Below are positions 1 through 5,404 of a DNA stretch of 11,523 nucleotides, piece after piece. Made by a program: the position numbers and the translations under genes. How positions within the stretch are numbered: the first letter of the stretch is position 1; every line of letters begins with the position of its first letter. This DNA comes from a virus: the UHGV virus genome UHGV-0861165; one strand, given 5' to 3'. Under the pieces are notes generated by a model. It searched no databases. It was not told the origin of the DNA and worked only from the letters and a program-made list of their open reading frames with translations.

Positions 1-2748
1 ATTGAGCATGGACCAGATGCTGTCCTGACTTTACCCGAGGGTAATGCCAGCGCAGGACTCCCGTCTTCCGTTCGCTACAATGCCGACTCCGACGAATTTG
101 AGGGCTTCTATGAAAATGGTGGATGGTTGCCGCTGGGTGGCGGTGGTATCCGCTGGGAAGTCCTTCCGCATGCCTCTACGGCAACGCTCACTGAAGGGCG
201 AGGCTATCTCATTAATAATACCACAGGGGCATCTACAGTGGTTCTCCCTTCCCCTACGCGTATTGGGGATTCTGTTACTATTTGTGATGCTTATGGGAAA
301 TTTGCCACTTACCCATTGACTGTGTCTCCTTCTGGAAATAATTTGTATGGCTCCACTGAAGACATGGCTATAACAACTGATAACGTATCAGCAACGTTCA
401 CTTGGTCTGGACCTGAACAAGGTTGGGTTATCACATCCGGTGTCGGTCTTGGCCAAGGTCGTGTCTACAGTCGTGAAATCTTTACAAAAATTTTGGCGTC
501 TGAAACAAGTGCTGTCGCTCTCAATACTCCACCAACAATCGTGGACGTGTATGCTGACGGAAAACGTCTTGCGGAATCCAAATATTCACTAGATGGGAAT
601 GTAATCACTTTCAGTCCTTCTTTGCCAGCCAACACAGAACTTCAGGTGATTGAATATACTCCTATTCAATTGGGTAATAGCGGTGGTTCTGGTTCTTCTA
701 CGATTACCTGGGTCTATAATGGGGGTTCAGCGATTGGCGGTGAAACCGAAATCACTTTGGACGTCGTTGTTGATGATGTTCCGGCCATTGATATAAACGG
801 AAGTCGCCAGTATAAAAATCTGGGATTCACATTCGATCCATTAACCAGTAAAATCTATCTTGCACAAGAACTGGAACCAGAGGATGAAGTTGTTGTAATT
901 ATCAATGGAACACCAAACATCTATAATCAAATTGATCATACTTTGCGGGAAGTTGCTCGTGCTACTAACGTTAAAGACAGTGAAGTAATTCTTAGTTCTG
1001 ACACTACTCAGTCCCTTAATGGTAAGAAGATTATTTACTCTGTTAGTGAGCAGAAGGCATATAGTTTACCTACTCTACCGTCCAATGTATTTATTGAATC
1101 TGTTGAAAGTGGGAAATTAACATATAGTCCTGGCTCAATTAAGGTAGATCTACTCCCATTACCTAATGACTCTGCTGTAACTGAGCAAGCAATTCTCAAC
1201 CAGTTGTCTGCAATTGAAGGTGAATCCCTTATTGGAACAGTTACCTATGTAACCCTGCGAGAGTACACAGGCTCAGCTACACGTGTTAAGTGTATCGGTA
1301 GAAGTGTAGAGGGGGATGGTGGTGAGGGGGACTTCTATTTAGTACCTGGTGATTCTACTTCAGTAGATGATGATGGGGTAATTATTGTTGATGGTTCCGG
1401 CCGTCGTTGGAAACGTTCCTATTCTGGCCCAATTTCTGCCTCTTGGTTCGGTGTAAGAGATGGTACTGACGTCACCACTACACTACAAAATGCAGTTAGT
1501 CGGGGTGGTGGACAAATCTTTGTACAGGACGGTCAGTACACACTTACTGCTCCCATCGTTGCAAATTTTACTGGTGCATCTTTCCCAATTATGGGAAGAA
1601 AAAGTAAGCGTTTTGATTTCATTGGTTCATCCATGGCGAACACCACTTTTAATACTAATGGTAATGAAGCGTTTAGTTTTACCGGTACTGATGGTTCTGT
1701 AGCTGGTCAGGGTGTACATAGTGGTGCACGTATTAGTGACTTCAGCGTCTATGGCACAAATAATACAGGCATTGGTGTACGTTTGGTTGGTGCTGCATAC
1801 CTCAAAGTACATGACCTCCAAATTAAACGTACTAATATCGCTATGCGTATTTCTGGTGTACTCTCAAGTGATATAAAACGAATCAATGCTCAATATAACA
1901 ACCATGGTATGTACATCACCAGTGCTTCTAACAGTACAGTCAATGCTATGCGTATTAGTGGGATGTTTGGTGCTAATAGTAAATGGGGAATTGAAGGTGA
2001 AGTAGGTACTAACGTATACATTGAAGATTCTAATTTTGAGGGTAATGGTACAGATGGGGATGAACTGTCTGGTGCTATTTACTTACGAGTTGTAGAACCT
2101 TTGAGCACCATTAACATTAGTGGGTACTTTGAGGCTAACGTTGGGCGAGCAGATATACTGATAGATAACCGAACCAGCTCTCCTTTGGTTGTAAACCTCC
2201 GTGGTTGCGTATTTAATCGTGGTGGTATGCGTGGTGGGTCTAATCTTGGTATTGGTGCAAAGTATAATGTTGAGACACGCTCTACTGGCGGTGGTCCAAT
2301 CATCCTTAATCTTAATGGTTGTGTATTCTTTACACAGACGGGTTTTGGATATGTACCTAGTGCAGATTCTCCATATATACAACCAGCACCATACTTAACT
2401 GTTAATGGGGAAGATACTTGTTACTTTAGTGAATCTACTAGTCGTGGTGAGACTGGGAACCGTGGTATGACATTAGGTATTTCTATGAAAGCTGATGGAA
2501 CCATGGCCAATAAACCACCTTTCTTAACCTCAACTCGTGTTTCTGCTGGTGTATACACCATCACACACAATACTAGATTCGGGACGGATATTGATCATTT
2601 CCAGGCAGTGGCTACGTCTAAGGCCAGTGGTTTTACTGTATCTTATGTGCAGAAGGTTAACTTACAGGCATTACGCATCGTTACATTAAATGCAGCAGGT
2701 TCGCCTGCTGATACTGATTTTGATGTTATAGTCACTTCTCGTCGTTAA
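1..2748 (+). CDS. Tail spike protein, long form, 5'-partial: N-terminal tandem small beta-domains (gp10-like by recollection), internal docking motif, then right-handed parallel beta-helix depolymerase-type domain
   Basis: Frame 1 has no stop from position 1 to TAA at 2746-2748. The ORF-track start at 127 is a TTG inside this open frame, so the gene begins upstream of the window. The translation shows periodic beta-helix-like repeats rich in G/N/S/T (e.g. GIGVRLVGAAYLKVHDLQIKRTNIAMRISG, NVYIEDSNFEGNG). It is paralogous to ORF3 in the docking motif (REVARATNVKDSEVIL...QKAYSLPTLP) and the pre-helix neck motif. Confidence 0.85.
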   Translation: MEHGPDAVLTLPEGNASAGLPSSVRYNADSDEFEGFYENGGWLPLGGGGIRWEVLPHASTATLTEGRGYLINNTTGASTVVLPSPTRIGDSVTICDAYGKFATYPLTVSPSGNNLYGSTEDMAITTDNVSATFTWSGPEQGWVITSGVGLGQGRVYSREIFTKILASETSAVALNTPPTIVDVYADGKRLAESKYSLDGNVITFSPSLPANTELQVIEYTPIQLGNSGGSGSSTITWVYNGGSAIGGETEITLDVVVDDVPAIDINGSRQYKNLGFTFDPLTSKIYLAQELEPEDEVVVIINGTPNIYNQIDHTLREVARATNVKDSEVILSSDTTQSLNGKKIIYSVSEQKAYSLPTLPSNVFIESVESGKLTYSPGSIKVDLLPLPNDSAVTEQAILNQLSAIEGESLIGTVTYVTLREYTGSATRVKCIGRSVEGDGGEGDFYLVPGDSTSVDDDGVIIVDGSGRRWKRSYSGPISASWFGVRDGTDVTTTLQNAVSRGGGQIFVQDGQYTLTAPIVANFTGASFPIMGRKSKRFDFIGSSMANTTFNTNGNEAFSFTGTDGSVAGQGVHSGARISDFSVYGTNNTGIGVRLVGAAYLKVHDLQIKRTNIAMRISGVLSSDIKRINAQYNNHGMYITSASNSTVNAMRISGMFGANSKWGIEGEVGTNVYIEDSNFEGNGTDGDELSGAIYLRVVEPLSTINISGYFEANVGRADILIDNRTSSPLVVNLRGCVFNRGGMRGGSNLGIGAKYNVETRSTGGGPIILNLNGCVFFTQTGFGYVPSADSPYIQPAPYLTVNGEDTCYFSESTSRGETGNRGMTLGISMKADGTMANKPPFLTSTRVSAGVYTITHNTRFGTDIDHFQAVATSKASGFTVSYVQKVNLQALRIVTLNAAGSPADTDFDVIVTSRR

Positions 2749-2754
2749 CTGATA

Positions 2755-2775
2755 CCCCTCCTCGGAGGGGGTTTC
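2755..2775 (+). terminator. Terminator-like GC hairpin (CCCCTC / GAGGGG stem, short loop) followed by TTTCT
   Basis: Perfect inverted repeat CCCCTC(2755-2760)...GAGGGG(2765-2770) with a T-rich 3' flank, 7 nt after the ORF1 stop. The T-tract is short, so it may be a partial terminator or an RNA-stability element. Confidence 0.55.
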
Positions 2776-2880
2776 TAGAAAAACAATGAGGTACATATGA
2801 ACGGATTATTCTTACAAGGTGGTAAAGGTTCAACCGGGATCTTAACCAATAAACAAGCAATAGCTCGGCATTTCGGTGTC
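2776..2880 (+). repeat. Junction cassette copy A: CTAGAAAAACAA-GAGGT-ATATGAACG plus conserved 5' coding segment of the short tail spike
   Basis: By eye, near-identical at nucleotide level to 8103-8209 (TAGAAAAACAAtGAGGTacATATGAACGgatTaTTCTtACAAGGTGGTAAAGG... versus TAGAAAAACAAaGAGGTttATATGAACGaaaTgTTCTcACAAGGTGGTAAAGG...). Includes the RBS (GAGG) and the ATG at 2797. Confidence 0.7.
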
Positions 2881-5301
2881 AAAGAAGACGAAGTCGTTTA
2901 TTTCACTGTCGGTATTGATCTCAGTGGATTTAAAGTAATTTATGATGAGTCTACCCAACGGGCTTATTCTCTTCCTTCAGGTATTGTTTCAGGAACGACT
3001 GCGATAAGCCTTAATTCTGCTGGGGTATTAGTCCATTCTGCTGGTAATGTGGATTTAGGTGCACTAGCTGTTACCCGGGAAGAGTATGTAACTTTACCTG
3101 GTTCATTCGAGACGGGTGTAACCGTTAATGCCAAGAATGAGTTAGTTGTCTTTGCGAATGGCAAGTATCGTTGGGATGGGGCATTGCCTAAAGTGGTTGA
3201 TGCAGCCTCATCCCCCGAAACCAGTGGTGGTATTGCTTCAGGTGCTTGGGTAGGTGTGGTTTCTGCTCTCCTAACAACAGCCAGCGGTACTGGGCTTGTA
3301 GGTCACAAAGGTGCTAACTTTAGTGACACCACTGCCTACCTTTACCTATCCTGGCGTAATGGTGATATTACTGCATTCGGGGGTGTGTACGATGACGCCT
3401 CAGCTGGTGATCTAAATAAAGCAGCCTTTGCTACTATGCAGGATACTTTTGGGGGTGTACGTATAAACCTCATGGGTAAAGCAGTTTACCTACCAAACTC
3501 TATGGAGTTAGAGGTAGGGAGTCTGGAAATCTGGGGTGGTGGTAATATTTTCGGTGGTTCTGGATACATGTTCCGTGCTGGTGACAACGGATTCGTTAAC
3601 ATTAAGGAATTTACCCTACAAAGTATTGATGCAAGTGGTAACGACTTCACTCGCCTTGTTGGTGCACCCTCTAATCGTGTTAACCTCATCCAGTATGTTG
3701 AAGCAGCATATTTCAAAACGATTGGAAGAGTCATCGTATTCGCTGGCAATGGTCGCGCCGGTGGAGACTTTAATCCAGTAGAGACAAGTTACGGCTGTAA
3801 GCAGATTAACTTCCATCACTTTTCATGCGAAGAGCCAGGAGACTATCTCGTTTCTGCCCAGAACTATCCGTTTGATACCTTCAGTGTCACTAAGTTTTAT
3901 GTACATAATATGAAGGGTACGCTCATCAATGCTGGAATTGATAACGATCATGTCTATGAGCGTCAGCTAAACCACGCAATGAAAACCCTCATCGTTTCCG
4001 ACTACACCGTCATGAACGAAGATGATTTCTGGGCTGATGGCGTCTTTACCTATACTACGGTAGCTATCGCTGAAGTTGAGCACCTAGTTCACACCAACGG
4101 TCGCCAACATGGTGTTAAAGTCAAAGAGGCTGGTAATGTAGTCTACGACATCTACAATAATGCATTTAGCGTCCAAGAAGAAAATATCTTTATCAGTGAC
4201 TGTTTCAACTGGAACGACGGGATGCTCATGCCTCACAAGATTAAAGGGGCGTGGAGCTATTCGAGTAAGAATAAGCACTGGGTGTACCGTAAGAGTTATG
4301 TGGTGGCAATGAAAGCTATTCACAGTGGTATTTCAGAAGGAAACGCCAAAGGTTCTTTCTTCTATCCCGAAACGGATGACCTGCACACTAGTGCTGCTTC
4401 TTCTGTCACTGATTGGACGCAACGACAAATCACGATCACTGACTGTTTCATTGAACTGATTAAAGTTAATCAGGCTAACCTTTCACGTCCATTGTTCAAT
4501 GTGCGTTTGGATGGCAACACCTTTGTTACACACGATTCTGGTACTACCCATTTGGTTCAGTTCTCTGCCTATCCCCATAACCTCTATCAGCAGATGACGG
4601 TAACAAATAACCGTATCATAGCTCCGGCTCTTACGTTATCTGCATTGGTAGGCTTCTCCGCAGGTTCTCAGGCTGGTGGAGGAGTATTCCAGGGGGTTGT
4701 CGATATTTCGAACAATACCGTTCGGGCAGCAGCGGCGAATTTGCTGGCAGATTGGTCTGGTGGTCAGAATATCGGAACTGGGTCAGTCATCCGTATCGAC
4801 AATAACGATATGGTTACCACAGGCAACTGCCAGATCTGTAACTCTAATCCGTCCTATGTTGACTCTGTATTTGCTAGAAACAACTATTTGCAGGGCACTG
4901 CGACTGTAGGGATGGGTAAGCTGAACGCATCTGCCTACGCATATGAGACTGTGAATGGGTTTAAGGGGAACAGTCCGATTGTTCTGTTCCAGCAGGGAAT
5001 CCCAACAGCGCAGCAGATTAATAGTCGCTCGTATCGCCTGGAGATTTCTGGAACTAATGGTGAGAAAGTAACCCAAGGTTTCACTATCACTGCTGGCGTC
5101 AGCACGACTTCAATACGCTTCGTGAGTTCCGATGGGAACACGTACACGAAGGTAACTGGAACCGATAATGGCACCTTCGAAATGCAATCCACTTCATCGG
5201 ATGGGTTAAATTTAGAGGTCGTGGTTGCATCTGATGGTGTAACAGTCAGAACAGCGTCGTCTGTGATGCAAAGGTTTGAAGCTCGACTGTATGCTCTGTA
5301 A
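2797..5301 (+). CDS. Tail spike protein, short form (834 aa): N-terminal anchor module shared with ORF4, divergent central and C-terminal receptor-binding/enzymatic region
   Basis: ATG at 2797 preceded by GAGG with a 5-nt spacer; uninterrupted 2505-nt ORF. The first ~155 aa (MNGLFLQGGKGSTGILTNKQAIARHFGVKEDEVVYF...KVIYDESTQRAYSLP...) are clearly homologous to the ORF4 N-terminus. The C-terminus is rich in G/T/S/V beta-strand-like sequence typical of tail spike C-terminal domains. Enzymatic fold not assignable by eye. Confidence 0.85.
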   Translation: MNGLFLQGGKGSTGILTNKQAIARHFGVKEDEVVYFTVGIDLSGFKVIYDESTQRAYSLPSGIVSGTTAISLNSAGVLVHSAGNVDLGALAVTREEYVTLPGSFETGVTVNAKNELVVFANGKYRWDGALPKVVDAASSPETSGGIASGAWVGVVSALLTTASGTGLVGHKGANFSDTTAYLYLSWRNGDITAFGGVYDDASAGDLNKAAFATMQDTFGGVRINLMGKAVYLPNSMELEVGSLEIWGGGNIFGGSGYMFRAGDNGFVNIKEFTLQSIDASGNDFTRLVGAPSNRVNLIQYVEAAYFKTIGRVIVFAGNGRAGGDFNPVETSYGCKQINFHHFSCEEPGDYLVSAQNYPFDTFSVTKFYVHNMKGTLINAGIDNDHVYERQLNHAMKTLIVSDYTVMNEDDFWADGVFTYTTVAIAEVEHLVHTNGRQHGVKVKEAGNVVYDIYNNAFSVQEENIFISDCFNWNDGMLMPHKIKGAWSYSSKNKHWVYRKSYVVAMKAIHSGISEGNAKGSFFYPETDDLHTSAASSVTDWTQRQITITDCFIELIKVNQANLSRPLFNVRLDGNTFVTHDSGTTHLVQFSAYPHNLYQQMTVTNNRIIAPALTLSALVGFSAGSQAGGGVFQGVVDISNNTVRAAAANLLADWSGGQNIGTGSVIRIDNNDMVTTGNCQICNSNPSYVDSVFARNNYLQGTATVGMGKLNASAYAYETVNGFKGNSPIVLFQQGIPTAQQINSRSYRLEISGTNGEKVTQGFTITAGVSTTSIRFVSSDGNTYTKVTGTDNGTFEMQSTSSDGLNLEVVVASDGVTVRTASSVMQRFEARLYAL

Positions 5302-5302
5302 G

Positions 5303-5330
5303 AACAACCCCGCTTCGGCGGGTTCTTGTT
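5303..5330 (+). terminator. Terminator-like hairpin with CCCGC-TTCG-GCGGG core (UUCG-type tetraloop) and T-rich 3' flank
   Basis: CCCGC(5309-5313) TTCG GCGGG(5318-5322), flanked by partially complementary AACAA/TTGTT arms, followed by TTCTTGTT. Lies immediately after the ORF2 stop (5299-5301). Confidence 0.45.
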
Positions 5331-5360
5331 ATACCTTTGTTCATAAATTTATTAGTTCAG

Positions 5361-5368
5361 ACTAAATA
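5361..5368 (+). promoter_or_regulatory. ACTAAATA motif, candidate phage late-promoter-like element (T4 late consensus TATAAATA, 6/8 match)
   Basis: The same octamer recurs at 10350-10357 upstream of ORF5, followed in both cases by a similar leader (ATGGRG-ATC-(2-3 nt)-AAATG). The spacing to the downstream start is 34-36 nt if ORF3 starts at 5405. Confidence 0.3.
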
Positions 5369-5404
5369 CCCCATATTGGCAAATCCTCTATGGGGTATCT
5401 TCAA

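Noticed and set aside
44-319. 91-aa + strand ORF in an alternative frame
   Set aside because: It lies entirely inside the ORF1 reading frame region, has no ribosome-binding site, and its product is low-complexity and hydrophobic. It is probably a frame artefact.
127-2748. ORF-track start of ORF1 at 127 (TTG)
   Set aside because: The same frame is open from position 1 with no stop, and the upstream residues form part of the N-terminal domain. The gene is 5'-truncated by the window, not initiated at this TTG.
5337-5369. Sigma70-type promoter upstream of ORF3 (TTGTTC ... TAAATA)
   Set aside because: The spacing between the candidate -35 and any -10-like hexamer is off (about 21 nt) and the hexamers are weak. 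The recurrent ACTAAATA motif is a better-supported candidate.
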